64,000 nucleotides of DNA from Neoechinorhynchus agilis (taxonomy: Eukaryota; Animalia; Acanthocephala). The notes beneath the pieces were generated by a model. That model did not search any database and was not told where the DNA came from. It saw only the letters and a list, made by a program, of their open reading frames with translations. Shown piece after piece: positions 34,480 to 49,090 of this stretch; within the stretch, counting starts at the first letter, position 1, and every line of letters begins with the position of its first letter. The stretch spans positions 868,001 to 932,000 of the forward strand of contig CM121341.1 in NCBI GenBank assembly GCA_051530055.1. The letters run 5' to 3'. The translations under genes and the position numbers were made by a program.

Positions 34480-35620
34480 TCCAGATAATTGAATCACGAA
34501 ACGGGACTAATCTGTGCTATTTCTGTGGACTTAAACGGCATCCTCGATTTCAGTGCCCGGCGAAAGAGGCCGTCTGTTACTGCTCCCAGCAGGGCCGCTT
34601 CGCTAGGGTTTGTAAGGCTAAAGAAAAATTGACGAATAAAAGCGTGATCGGCGCAGGACAGCTGAAACCAGATCCTTCGCGGCTTAAACCCTTGGACGAA
34701 ATCCGAACTCCATCGAACAAAGCGACCTTAAGGCGTTTATTGGGATTTTTGCGTATTACAGTCGGTGGATTTCTAATTATTCCACCAAAATCCAACCGCT
34801 ATCACAAAGAAATCGATGTCATTACTGTGAATGCGATTGAGGACGATGGAAAATTCACTCTGGAATGCGATGCGTCAGACAATGCTATAGGGGCGGCCCT
34901 TTTTCAGAACGACGGACCTGTAGCGTTTTATAGTCGAGCCTTATCGAAATATGAAAAACGCTATCATATCATCGAAAAAGAAGCATTAGCCATGGTCGAT
35001 TCGATAAGAGAATGGAAGTGCTACCTCTCAACGCGCCATTTCACCGTTATCACAGATCAGCGTTCCATTTCCTTCATGCTAAATCAACGACGCGCCGGGA
35101 AGATCCGGAACGACAGGATTTTGTGGTGGAAGCTACAGTTATCGATGTTCTCCTATAGTATCCGATTCCGACCCGGTAAAGACAATTTGAGTGCGGACGC
35201 ACTATCGAGAAATGTATGTGCGTCAATGAACATATCGTTCAATAAACTAAAAGACGTTCATCGGTCTCTCGGCCATCCCGGAAACACTAGAGACTACTTC
35301 ATTTCATTCGACAGCAAAACTTACCGTTCGATTTGAATGACGTGCGAAAGATCACTGCAGAATGTCCCATTTGCTACCACTTGAAACCTCGCTTTTTCAA
35401 ACCTCAATCGAGCTTGAAATTGATAAAAGCGATGGCACCCTGGGAGAGAAACTCCGTGGACTTCAAAGGACCCTTACCAACGTCAACGCACGGATACAAA
35501 TATTTATTCGTGGCAATAGACGAGTTTTCTCGTTACCCTCTAGCATTCGCTTGTAAGGACACTTCGGCTGACAGCGTCAAATTATGCCTCGAACGAATAT
35601 TCTCGCTCTTTGGATGTCCC
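34480..35620 (+). mobile_element. Internally deleted Ty3/Gypsy fragment (gag knuckle joined to RNase H and integrase)
   Basis: CYFCGLKRHPRFQCPAKEAVCY at ~34515; ECDASDNAIGA, VAFYSRAL, EKEALA, ITDQ; HPG..C..C; VDFKGPLP, IDEFSRYP. PR and RT are missing. Confidence 0.88.
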
Positions 35621-38600
35621 TCCGGGGGAGAGAGTGGTGTGCGAGTCTAATTTCAAGTTTGATTGAAATTGGAGCCCCAGAATTCTTAGGGAGGTTACTC
35701 GTAGGATGTGGGATGCGGGGGTTGCTGGAGAATGAAGGGATCGTTTGGGAACATTTAGAGAAATTCAGGTGGAGTTTGTGATTGCCTTCAATGGAACCCG
35801 AGAAGATGGACTAGTAGGCGAATTCCACTAACATTGAAGGATAAAGTAAAAAAGGAGTTCATGGGACAAACGGAAGCTAAAGTGCTCGAGAAAGTTGATC
35901 TTCGTAAAGACTATGGACTGGGCAGCGCAAAGAGTAATTGGTAGAAACCCAAATGGTGACATAAGGATCTGTGGCGACTTCAGAGTCACGATCAACCCAT
36001 ATCTAGCGATCGATTCAACATGAGAATAGATTGTTAGCGAAATAGCTGGTGGAGAGCAGTGCTCCAGATTGGACTTAAAAGACGCATGTTTACTATTGTC
36101 CGTCAATTTGAAATCAAGGAAATATCTAACGGTTGTCACACATCAAGGATTTTTTCGTTATAAGAGATTGCCGTTTGTGATCAGCTTAGCACCTGGCATA
36201 TTTTAACGCCATATGGACGAATTGCTCGAAGGAATTCCGGAAGTCGCCATCTATCTGGACGATGTGCTGATCACGGGACGAACTCTCAAAGATCATTTAT
36301 AAAATCTTTCTGAAGTCTTCGATACATTCGAGGGAGTTGGATTAAAAGTCAAGCCCGAAAAGTGTGTGCTTTTACAGGATACCATCGAATTTCTAGGACA
36401 CACTCTAGATAGCAAGCGATTTTGGCGTTACCTCGGCCGTCTTATAAAGGAGAACTGAGATCATTTCTTGGAACCGTAAACTTCCTCAGTAAATTCGCTC
36501 CCGAACTACAACCCAAATGAGAAGCACTATTTAAAAATAATAACACGTTTTATTTGCTAATGCACAAAGAAAAGGACCCATGTACCATTCGACCCTCATG
36601 AACAGTCGAGTTCTGATTAGATAAATGAATCTGGCTATTGATCTTGGAGTGGATTACGAGTCCGGGCGGGAGGGAATGTCCGGTCGGGTTAGATGGTAAG
36701 TTCTGGTGGGAATTGGTCGTTATTGTTCATAGGAGCGCTTGTAAGTTTGGTCTTTTCTCAGGTTCATTTCAAGTTCTGATATCCGAGAAGATTGGGCAGC
36801 GTGGAAAAAGGAGCGTAGGTATATGGAGGTGCGAGATATCGGAGGATAAAACGAATTAGGATTACGAGTGTTGTGCTTATGTGAAAAGGGAACGATATGT
36901 ACAAGAAATTGTGGTGGTAGGGTTGATAGGAATTTTGTTTGCTTTATGAAAATAACATCAAGGCATTCCGTTAGAGGGGGAAAGTCCGTTGTGCAAATTT
37001 TAGATGCTCTTTTATGAAGAATTTCAAGACGATGAATTTGAGATTCGGATAGGTCGCAAAAGACGGGATAATCGTAGGTAAGGGAAGGTAAAGTAAAGCA
37101 GTATTAAAATTTGAAGAGATCGGGAGAAGGGACTCCAAAATTTCGGAGGCGTTTGAAGTGATAAATTTTAAAGGTGTTGAGCTTGAGGGAGAGAGTGATG
37201 TGCGAGTCCTATTTCAAGTTTAAGTGGAATTGGAGACCCAGAATTCTTAGGGCGATGACTCGTAGGATGTCATTTAGAAGCTTAGGGAGAATATAGGGTC
37301 GCGGGAAAGAGGGGATCATTTCGAAGTATTTAGAGAATTTCAGGTGGAGTTTTTGATTAATGTCGAAATTTTTTACGTGTGTGATTTCGTTAGAGGTTAA
37401 GGAGAGGGAGAGGTGGATGGGTGACGAGGGTGATATCGTCGGCGTATAAGAAGAGTTTAGAGTGAGAGGAGAGAGATTTTAAGTTGTTTGGAAAATATTA
37501 AAGAGAAGTGGTGACAGCACCTTGAGGGACGCCTTTGGTGAAGGATAGGCTGATAGTAGGTGTAGAACGGCATTGAATATATTGTTTGCGATTGTGAAGA
37601 TAAGATTCGAGTCAGCGGATCTGCAACAAGTTGAGATCAAAATCGGAGCAGGCCCGGAGAAGAAGTGAAAGATCCATTGAGTCGAAAACTTTAGGTAAAT
37701 CAAGTTGAATGAGAGGGGTGACTTGGGAGGGATGGTTGTCGAAGTTACTTAGAAGCGTGTCATAAATTCAAAGGAGGGCTTCGGTTACAGAAAATCTGGG
37801 TCGGAACCCAAATTGAAGGGCGATAACTTTTCGTGGAGAAGTGAAAGAAGGCGAGATTTAAAACATTTCTCGATGATTTCTGAAAGAACGTGTAGAATGG
37901 AAATTGGACGGAATGATTCGGCCGAAATAGAATGTCCTTTTTTGAAAGATGGATAACTCTAGCAGTTTTGAGGCATGAGGTGTAGATGCCATATAAAAAG
38001 CTGTGGTTGATAATGTGGGTAAGGGGGTCGATGAGTTCTGGGATGATGTTGCGAAGAGCCCAGTTTGGGATTTCGCATTGAGAGGAGGAATTTAGAGGTA
38101 ATTTCTTTAGATGCTGTAATACTTCATATGATGAAACTAATGGGAGTATCGGCGAGTTGACAAAAGTTTCAGATGTTGTGTGCTGTGGACCGTTCTGATT
38201 AATGGAATCCAGAACCTGTTTTAATTCAGTGGAGGTCAAATTAGGGGATAGATCCCGGTGGCGTAGACCAGGAGAGTCCTTCCGAGCGAATTTTAGAGGA
38301 AAGAAAGTTTTTGCGGGAGATAAGTATTTTGTTAGTAAGTGCTTTTTGTAAACGGGTAAAGTCTGGAGAGTTATTGCGATGGGCTTTAGAAGCTTGCCTT
38401 GTAAGAAGTTTCAAATGGGGATTATCCATGGTGAATCCGAGTTGAAGATCTCAATGAATTTCTTGGGAATAGTCGAAGTTAGGGAGCGAATATTAGAGTT
38501 GAACAATTTTATAAAATTTTTGATGTAATGATCACGTTTATCCCAGACGGGTAAACGGGTAGATTTATACGCTGAGGTGGGGTGGAGGGTGTGAAAAGGG

Positions 38601-39742
38601 CAGAAGAGTGGTCAGGGTTCGCGAGGAAGGAAGTTTAGAGGTGGATGAGAAGGCATCGATATTTATGAACACCTTTTCGAAGTGAGCGTCAAGACGAGTT
38701 GGGAAATCAATAAGTTGGCGCAACTCGGAGAAGGGCAGAAGCGGAAATAGATTATTGAAGTCTCCTGCAATTAAGAAATGGTGCGAATGGGCAAGGAGGA
38801 CTCAGGACGAGAGGTAGGATGGCGATAGACGCCAACAATGGTGAATTCTCTAAGGCCGTTTTTCAGAGGAGCTATGAAATGGACTGCGATGAATTCTACA
38901 ACGGAGTTTTGTAGAGATCCTATGAGAGATAAAAAGTATGGTAGCGATTGCCGTACATAAATTTAGACCCCCTCCTGGACGGTCCTCCCGGTATGCATGG
39001 TAGGAAGAGTACATGGGAAGGATGGCCGTTTCTGCGAAAATGACTACGTCAGCTTTTGAGGTAGATAAAATGAGTCAAATTTCATCTAGTTTAGGAAGGA
39101 GGCCACGAGTAATCTAGTAGATTATGGTTTGGAAGGGAATTTTGAAAATGGGGAAGAAAATTTGGAGTTGGGAGGAAAATTCTGGGAGTAGTATCCGAAG
39201 CACGATCATGCTTTTCAAGAAGTACGAGAATCTTTAACGACGACCCGAGTTCTAATAACATTTCACATGGGCAGACCGACGCAGCTATGGTGTGATGCAA
39301 ACGAGAAAGGTCGTGGAGCCGTATTTATGCAAGTTCAGCACGATGGAAATCCGTAACCGGTCGCTTACGCTTCAAGGGCTCTTAAAGGACCAGATAAAAA
39401 CTATTCACAAGTCGAAAAAGAAGGACTGGATATCATTTTCGCCGTACGAAGATTTCATCAATACTTGGTAGGACGGAAATTTCAGCTATGCAGAGACTAT
39501 AAACAACTGAAGTATATTTGCGGAGTTAACCGGTTGGCTAAGATGACGAACCAACGTTTAATCCGTTGGGGTATCGAAATATCCCTCGTAGACATGAATT
39601 GCGGTTAGAGGACGGAGTAATCCTGTGGTTGCAGCGTCTGGTGGTCCCTCGATCATTGAAAAATGAAGCACTTGATGTCTTGGATACAGAACACCCAGGA
39701 ATATCGGCGACGGGGGATCTGGCGATATACTAGTGCTGGTGG

Positions 39743-39924
39743 CCTGAGGTGGTCAGGTAAACTACTGCTCCAGATTCCAGTTAAGGGTCAGCGGGTTGGA
39801 ATCCATTACCGCCAGTGACGCACATCAAAGGGGACGAAATACTGCTGAAGGGAGGAAACTCACTGATAAGTCTCGCCTCCTGGAGGTATCTGAGAATTCG
39901 GAGGGATGTACAAAATTATAACTG
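39743..39924 (+). mobile_element. tRNA-headed/hammerhead SINE-like element, copy 4 (duplicate of copy 2)
   Basis: GGGAC 39831, GAAA 39836, CTGATAA-GTCTC, GGTAT-C-TGAG 39891. G8->A. Confidence 0.85.
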
Positions 39925-41116
39925 AACGGTCATGGGCACTGAGCGCAGACCAGCGCCTCCCAGACCGAAATTGCTGGACTGTGTGTCCATTCGGCCGTGT
40001 AGGGAAAAATATCTATCAAAACGAAATACCGTCCGGTGTAGGAGAGTACAACCAAGAATCCAACCAAGACGACAATACTCGTGGTGTGGCAAGAATAGGA
40101 CACAGCAAGAGCGAACTCACCAATCACGCCACCAAGACGAGGGGCCGTACCAGAGATATAACTCCCCCCCAAAAAAAAGAATGATGCTCGGGCGCCCGTG
40201 AGGGCTACATAAATGACCACGGTGTGTGTGTAGAGTCAGTTCCTAAAAAACCCCAATAAAAACAGTTATGTCCAACACTCCAAACTGAAGATAAAATGTT
40301 CTCAGTCGCTTCGTAGCCAGGAACATCGCCGGCATTATGGGCACGACCGGCAGCGACCAGTATAACTAAATTAATAAAAAGCCACGTGAAATACCATTTT
40401 ATTTCCAACCGCTTAAACCCCACTTCACATCACCATGCGCCTTGGTAGATTCCTGAAGAAGCTGAAAGATCGAAAATAAAGACTTTTTCTTTGCAGGTCA
40501 TCTAACAGATATATTGAAAAGATAATTCATTGTTATTTGTCGATAGGAGAAATAAATGAAATTAAGAATTTATTGATTTTTAATCTAATCGACTAGATCT
40601 AGTCGATTAGATTAATTCACAATCGCTGAGAAGATCTGAGATATTGGATCGAAATATCAAATCAATAAATTCTTAATTTCATTTATCTCTCCTATCGACA
40701 AATTACAGATATTCATTTTTAAATAAAATTTAATAATTATGTACAAAATTAACATTGCGAAATATAGAAAAAATTCATCAATTAATAAATGTTGCCCTTA
40801 AAGAAGAACAGCATTGTTTCCATTAAAAATTATATTTAAAAAACTTAAGTGATATTTGACGATTTCCTTTGGCCGAGTAAAATGCCTCTTTTTTGGGACC
40901 GGACGCATCTTTAGAAATGCATTGGGAGAAAACTACGTCGTTTGTCGTTTTTCACTGACGCGTAAAGTTGTGAAGGGAAAAGAGATGATAAAAGGATTCA
41001 TTTAATAGTGTACTAATAATTGTACGATTGAAAGCTTCTTAATAAACCGCAGCCAACCATAATGCATCGAATTTTCATTCATTTTTGTCCGGAATTCCGC
41101 CGAAACAATCGTTATT

Positions 41117-41730
41117 AAGCGTAATATTTTAAACATAAATATCCTATCTCGATATTTTTATCTCAATTGAAGTTTAGCTTATTAAGGCGCCGTTTCGTCT
41201 TCATAATTTCACCAAATATATGATCTCCACCACGATCATGCACAAAAAGTCTTATTTTTAGAACTTAGAACGATAAAATCCATAGTTATAAGGCTGAAAA
41301 GCGTAATATTTTAAACATTAATGTCCAATCGGGATATTTTTGTTTTAAATTAAGTTTAGTTTATGAAGGCGTCGTTTTTCCTTAATAGTTTTATTTGTCC
41401 ACCAAATATATCCTCTCCACCACGATCATGCACAAAAGTCGTTTATTTTTAGAAATTAGAACGATAAAATCCATAGTTATAAGACTGGAAAGCGTAATAT
41501 TTTAAACATAAATGTTCAATCGGGATATTTTTGTTTTAAATTAAGTTCAGTTTTTGAAGGCGTCGTTTTGTCCTCATAGTTTTATTTGTCCACCAACTAT
41601 ATCCTCTCCACCACGATCATGCACAAAAAGTCGTTTATTTTTATAACCGAGAACAATTAAAAGCATAGTTATAAGACTGGAAAGCGGATTATTTTATACA
41701 TAAATATCCTATCTCGATATTTTTATCTTA
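41117..41730. repeat. ~190-bp tandem repeat, about 3.3 units
   Basis: Unit starts at ~41117, ~41299, ~41491 and ~41682, one unit more than in the first duplicate. Confidence 0.85.
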
Positions 41731-42155
41731 TGTGAAGTTTTATTTTGCTTTCATTTTTTCATGTGTGTGTCCAGATATTTTCATAATAACGACGAATGTC
41801 TTGTCTCATTTTTGGTTTAACTGTCGATTACTGATTCCTCATGAAATCCATAACTTTCCAAGGCTTCAAACTTTCTTTCTATATGACTAATCTATACCCA
41901 GGTATTCATCATACACCAAATTCTGATTCAGATCATGGACACACTTTTACAAGGGGATGAAAGTTCCCTTAAAAAAGGTGATCTCATTCGTTAAGCAAAA
42001 AAAGTGTTAAGCCCTTGTAAAGATGAGTGCTTTTCCAACGCAAATGCACTCCAAGAACTTCTTAAAGGATGTATCATTTTTCATTAATGTGAATCACTAA
42101 TGGTATAAAAATGGTAAAGGTTTAAACTTAAGAAATAAATTTTTCAAATCTTAAG

Positions 42156-44293
42156 ATGGAGAACCCAATGGAAAGCAAACGTAAAAAGTCTTCGGCAATG
42201 TTTGTATCTCCAAAAAATCTTTTTTTCACTGCAACCAATCACCTTACAGAGTCACGCCAGTGTTGGTTACAATCATTGGATTGATATCACTCGCTCTGGT
42301 AGTAATCATTGCGGGTGTCGGTATTGGATTGGCATTTAGAAATCGGGGAAATAGTACTAACAATGGATTCGTAGCTCCGACACTTTTCGGTTCGTATTTT
42401 TTTATTGGTGATGTTTTACGAAAAAGTGCAGAAACGAGAGGAGGTGCAGTTCTTAATGCGAGGATACTTTCAGGAGATGCAAGAGTGGGGGGCGCTGTTA
42501 ATGGAAGGATCCTCCAAGACGACGTTAGTCTTTTTCTTGTAATCAACGAAAATATAAATTTTTAGATTAACGCGAGATTAATAAGAGGTTTACGCCAGCT
42601 GGGAAGATTTCCGTTTTTTCTACGTGTGTTAGAAGTACCACCACTTCAAAGTATAAGAGGTAGAATGTTGAAGTTTGTATTCGGTAGTTTAAAACTCAAT
42701 AACCTAATCATATTCTTTTCAGCGTTACCATGAACTTTATAGTCTATTTTCAAAGAAGATGTTCGGATAATTGCACAATAGGGCGACAAACGCTTTTAGC
42801 GAATGCTTTTAAAAATCTGACCATCAATATTGGCACGGGTATTGTTGTAGTGGAGAATGCAACCGTTAATCTCGGTGCTGGTAAGTTACTCGAATGTAGA
42901 ATGAAGTTATGTATTATCGAGCTAAACAGAAACCGAATCAAGCGCTGGAACTTTGGCAAATATCACTGCGGAGAGAAATCAGCTACCACTGTCAACAAGT
43001 CTTCTACCGTTGGGTAAGTCGTTGGCTGTTTAATGTTCAGGAAAATCATCTAAAAATAGTGGCTGACTGGAAACAGGCTGCAATAACTCTGGGTGGCCCT
43101 GCCGGTTCTTTAACTCCGGCGGTGGTGGGAAACCAAGTGAATCAAATCATTCACGATGTAAGTTTTTTTGAAAAGTTCAATGGAAATTTAAAATTCGACG
43201 AATAGCTTAATGCTTATGTTAGTGGTGAGACAATTTCCAATCAATCTGTAATCTTCATAAACTTTATCGGCGCTGCGCCGACAATTAATACAGCTAATGG
43301 TGCAACAACATTAACAATCAAATTAAGAACCCTTCACCATCGTGGATGTTTGGATTGCAATTCAACATTGCTTGCTGCCTTAAGACACCTACTCTCAATT
43401 TTAAGGATCTCGTGTTATAGAGAGTCGATGTCATACGAACTTCGCTGAATGGACGGTTCGCATCTCAATTCGCTGCGGCCCAGAATGCTGACCCTGATCG
43501 TTATCAACCCAGACCTCTAACGAACGTTGCGGGCATGAATTTCGTCTTAGAAAACAGTAAGATTAGGTGTTGAGACCAAATAAGAATCCGCGTTGGTTTT
43601 TAGCTACGGAATTGACTGTACAGGAAGCTCAAACCATGCTAGAAGCAAAATCGTTATTAGTACGAACACGTAATGAAAAAATGTTTCGTTCAATACTTTA
43701 ATGTTTATTTAGAAATACCATTCTCCTTGACAATAACTTGCAAAAATCCTGCAAATAACAATAATGCGGATTGTCCAAGGGTCGACGCCCAGGTCCCAGC
43801 ACAAGCGGATGTCCAAAATAGAGTAAGCATTTATTTTAATTCAACATCATCATCAAATTAATCAACTTAACAGATTTTGGAAATTCTAAGAGGAATAAAT
43901 AAAACTAACACTCAAACCGTACCTTACGCAGTCGGAAAGGTCGAATATAAGAAACCAGATGCAGGGTAAGGGAACCGGGAAAAAGACTTTACCCATTGTG
44001 ATTTTAGACCAACGACGACAATCACAGTACCCCTCTATTATAACACTTCTCTCACTTCGTTTAAGGAAAGACAAGATGCATTACAGGCAGTTTTTAAAAA
44101 TCAACCCATAAAGATTACTAAGTTAAATGCAGTAATGGGGAATACTCCAGTAGGCGGTAGCCCAGGTAATTTTTACTATTATAGCACAATTCTTCAAACG
44201 TTAAAAAATTATAGGCAGTGGACTCTATGTAACGCCAGCGGACTGGAACGCTCTGACTCCACTTTAAGTCTTTACAGAGGGATGAGAGTTTGA
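42156..44293 (+). CDS. Type II membrane glycoprotein, copy 2
   Basis: Splice sites match copy 1 where checked; the indels checked are in-frame; same stop position (LYRGMRV*). Confidence 0.65.
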
Positions 44294-45059
44294 AGTTATT
44301 GTGAGCGAATAAATTACCATTCGTTTGAAGACTTTGAAGGCAATCATAAAGACCGATATCGAGCAAATAAATCGATGGCTAACAATAAGCCTAAGTGATC
44401 CTTCACTATTTCATCTAACTCTATAAGCGATTTAAAAAATCAATAATTTCAATCATATTGAAAATGTAGATAGCGAATTGTGCATTTTTCAACAATTTAA
44501 AAATCGGAGAAAAAACGAATCGCAAAAGCCGACATTTTTAGTTTTCGAACTCAAGGGTAAAAAAGCGTTTTATGCAATATTCTTGCTGTTAATTTTCGTC
44601 AACTAATCGCAGTAGAACTTTATTTACTCCAATGATTTGATCATTAAAACTTTGCAACTCGTATAACAAAGAGCTAACTCCCTTACACGGGACAAATCCA
44701 TGAAAATTAGGTGGGATAAGATTTTTGTTAACTAAAAAAGTCACAAGTTTTTTATTAAGAACTTTCTCAATAATCGAAATTAACGGGTTTTGAATAGAAA
44801 TGAGTCTAACATCCCCAGGACTTGAAATTATTTTATCATTTTTGAGAATAATTATTTTCCGTACCATATTGATAGTAAGTAAATCCTGAAAAGATAGCCT
44901 TCTATTCCAATTTAGTAATATAAGTTATTTATTAACCGAACGGACCACCTGAAGCACTTTGTTCGAGCAGGAAAGAGCGTTGTTGGCGTTAGAAACACCT
45001 CTAACCCATACTGACAAAATATCATCTTTTGAAATTTCCATTAAGTCAATAATATTGTC

Positions 45060-47370
45060 GGGAAACCAAGTGAGAGAGGAAGCGGCTCCAAACAGGTTCC
45101 TATAAAGTGTCATCCTTACCATACACCATCTCCACCCCTCATTATTTTATATCAGAACATCTCGAATGGGTTCACCTTCAAATCTATCTCTTTCTCTTCG
45201 TAACGACAGCCGTGAAATGAGCGTCACCGGTGTTTATCGTCCCCTGCCTCAACTCATGCCGCAACATCTGAACAAATCGATACCTTAATTAATAACAAAC
45301 TATTGTTAAATTCTCAACACTTCCTGATTCTAGGAGACTTCAACCACCATTGTTTTCACCTTTACCAAAATCACTGCAAGACAAGGTGAAAAAATCCTTT
45401 CGCTTCCGACATCCCGATTACCCAGAACTGCACAAGAGATTCACTGAGCGTCTTCTTCCTTAATTAATAACAAACTATTGTTAAATTCTCAACACTTCCT
45501 GATTCTAGGAGACTTCAACCACAATTGTTTTCACCTTTACTAAAATCACTGCAAGACAAGGTGAATAAATCCTTTCGCTCCCGACATCCCGATTACCCAG
45601 AACTCCACAAGAGATTCACTGAGCGTCTTCTTTTTTCCAAACTACCGTCATCCCCTAATCGTTCCTGGTGGAGCGAGATCAAAAATGCCATAGGTCTTCA
45701 CAGATCTCAGCCTTTCGTCAACCTGAATAAATGTCAGCTCGGAAACACCCTCAACTCGATGAACGCTACCATGTGCCCTCCCAGATCATCCACTGACACA
45801 ACCGTCGTACGCCCCTGCGACGATCGCAACCATAGGTCCTGCGTTCATCATTCACGCGTCTCCATCCTTGCGGTTTTCCTGCTCCTCAAAAACTACCACG
45901 TACATCATCCCCTAACGCTCCGATTCCCAACTGGGCCATTCGCATCATCATTTCCTTGATCTTTGAGCCTCTAGCTCATATCATCAATTCTAGCTTTCAA
46001 ACGGGTTTTTTTCCAGATTGCCTAAAGACTGCTCTCGTCATTCCTATCCCTAAGGCGGGGAAACTGGTTTCGCCGACTTCCTTTCGCCCTATATCTCTAC
46101 TCTTGCCGTTTCCTAAAAATTTTGAAGAATGTTTCATAACTCGCATCCTCCCCATCTTTTCACAAAACATTTCGTCTAACCAATTCGACTTCCGACCAGG
46201 ATTCTGATGTACCGACGCCCTCTTGTGCATTTACGATTCGATTCTGCGCGATCTTGACCAAGAACCGTCTTTCGTTTGTCGCATCATCGAGGTGGATCTT
46301 GCCAAAGCCTTTGACTCTGTAGATCACGATCTTCTCGTTAAGGCCTGCGAGAAATTTGGCTTCTTACCCTGGCAAATAAGCTGGCTCACTTCTTTCCTCG
46401 CAAACCGGTCGAAATATTTTCAATACGGAAATACCTGCTCAACGAAGCTTCCCATACATTGGGATGTACCACAAGGAGCTATACTATCGCCCTTACTTTT
46501 CGATATCTTCCTCAACGACCTTACACCCCTCTCAACGTCCGCTAAATATTTCCTTTATGCGGACGACCTAACCATCATAACCCATGCTCCTCCATCACTC
46601 TCGCTCAGCCTCACGTCCGCAGAGATTGAAAATCTTAAAGATTTTTGCACCACCCATCAACTCTCAATTAATTTCTCCAAATCTTATGAACTTATTCCGT
46701 CGCTTCGAAAACCTAGGACTGATATTCCACCGTTCCCTCTCGATAACCAACGCGTCACATCGCTTCGGATTCTGGGCCTAATCTTCCAACACAACCTCAA
46801 ATGGGACATCCACATTAATGGCGTCGTAGCAAAAGCCACTGCTAAATTGTATTTTATCAAGCGCTCGCGTTTAGTCGGAGTCAGCCCATGCAATCTAGCA
46901 CATTTCTATTGGCCCGCTGTGGTCCCCGCAATCTCATATGCATACCCAACCTTTTGTAATTTATCCATCAACTGCGCTTGCTTTCCTCTCTAAATAAACG
47001 AGTCTGCAAAATTTGCTACAAGGACCTCCCACCAATCGAAGAACACCTTTCCCAAATCTTCGATAAATACATGACCTCCCTGCGTTCCCTTCCATATAAA
47101 TTTCTCTCGTTCATCTCGCCAAGGGAACCCGTCCGAAACACACGATGTTCGAACAAATTCAATCCGCCTCTCCCTCGCACCACACTATATAAAAAATCAT
47201 TTTTTGCCATCGAACAATCAACCCATGAGTCTACGGCCTGAATCGGAGGAGAGACTCATGTACATGCGGCGACTTGCAGCTCTTCCTAGTTACAGTCTCA
47301 ATCAAACAGCGCGAATCCAAAGATACATGGTTCCCGTGCTTGTTTGTGTCTGAAATAATAAAACGTGTTA
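45060..47370 (+). mobile_element. CR1/L2-like LINE family D (EN remnant, RT, 3' end)
   Basis: FRPISLL, QFDFRPG, VDLAKAFDSVDH, PQGAILSPLLF, YADD, LRILG, LKWD. A ~175-bp tandem duplication at 45284-45632. Confidence 0.92.
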
Positions 47371-47587
47371 TTATTACCTCTGGGTAATAAACCGTCCCTA
47401 TCCAATTAGCCGCTTTTTGCTTCCAATCGATCCAATTTTTTTATTATGAAGAGTATTCCAGTAGCTTGATGACATGCTTTTTAATGTTGTTAATTTTTTC
47501 TTATCTCTATCTAAATTTTCATTCGTTAGATGTTTATAAAATGTCGATCTGTAATATTTACTTGCATCCCAAATTGAAAAAGCTAAC

Positions 47588-49090
47588 TTGCATCAGGATG
47601 CCCCCATGCAAAAGTTTTGGTCCAACAAATACTGGGCTTGCAATTATAATCTGCATTTGCAACAACATCGTAGAGTAATGAAGAATCTTTCCTCCTATAC
47701 GAAATCCTTTTGGCGAGTTTTGAAGAATTCGAAATTTATCAAATGGAAGGACAAATCTTCAAGATGGATCAGGTCTTCATCGTATAAGGTGGTATTGTAC
47801 GACATTTTAGGCAAACTCTCCGTTGGAGCAACAAATGTTTCCCCTACTAACGATTGGCTAACCCTCCCACTATTGCGATCATTAATTGAAGGAGATTTGC
47901 ATATGGATGATATTTTAAAAGCACGGGGAAGTATGATAAGGTTGTCATCAAATAATTTTTGTGCTTCTAGTAAATGCCTAAGGTACATAGAACCTTCAAT
48001 CCGACCCCTAATCGCCTCTTGTATGCTTAGAGCATCCAGAGATGATTGGTTGAGCATTAACCTGGCACGGAGAATTCTCCTCGTAAAAGCCAAAAAGAAG
48101 GTGGTCAATTCCTCCTCAGATCTTAGGCCAATTTCCATTCAGAACGCCCTAGTATCTCTTTATGAGAAAGCTCTTGTTATTCGTTTGATGGAATTTTGTA
48201 GGGAAAAGGACGTTATAAACCGAAACTGCCACGGTTTTTACCAAGGGAGATCCGTAGCTTCTGCAACAAGAGCCATCTATGATTCCCTTAGGTACCAAAA
48301 TTTTAGGTATCGCTGCCTCATTTCATTCGATTTTACCGCAGAGTATGACAACATTGATCTTCAATTTTTAATGCACTACATGGTCCTTCTCAACTTCCCA
48401 CAAGATATTGTAGTTCGTATCAAAGATATTTTAGCCACCAAGTCCTTTTATTTTGATGACGACGAGGATCATAAAATCTTTTATCCTAAAAATGGTTTAC
48501 CACAGGGCTCCCCACTATCTCCTATTTTATTTTTAATAGCAATGCAACTTATGGCCAATTTCTATAAGGAAGGTGTCAATATTTTTATATATGCTGACGA
48601 TATAAGTGCAGTTTTATTTACCAACAACTCCTGGGAATTGCCTATACTACTGAAGGAACTGTTAGCCCATATCAACAAACATGCAGTACTCATGGGCATT
48701 GAACTTAACCCTAACAAAACCAATATTATGGCTGTAGCGGGCAGCGGATATGTAAATAAGAAACTTAATTTAATAATTAAAAATCAATTTTTACATATTT
48801 TAGATCAAACCAACATCGTTGGTCATTTACGTTTTAACAAAATTAAAATTTTAGGATACAGTTTTAACGCAAATTTGAATGAAAAGTTAGATATGAAACT
48901 TTTTAAAGGAATTTTAATAACTGCCAAACGCTACTGTACAAGAGCGTCGAAGCTTCAACTGAGTTATAAAAAACAATATTTTATCTGGAAAACATGGGCA
49001 ATTTCTGCCCTAACCTTTTTTAGTCGCGGTCGTCCACCCGAACAGCGGCCCATTTTCGGTGAGCCCTGCTACAAAACGCGTCATTCTTAA
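47588..49090 (+). mobile_element. LINE A RT, 5'-truncated copy
   Basis: 500-aa ORF nearly identical to the corresponding part of 22817-24991; lacks EN. Confidence 0.92.

Larger units (their letters stand above)
35784..44616 (+). repeat. Segmental duplicate of 8418-17033
   Basis: Shared start GCCTTCAATGGAACCCGAGAAGATGG and shared end CGCAGTAGAA. Several ORF-track peptides are identical between copies (9257/36638, 10098/37479, 12538/39906). Confidence 0.95.
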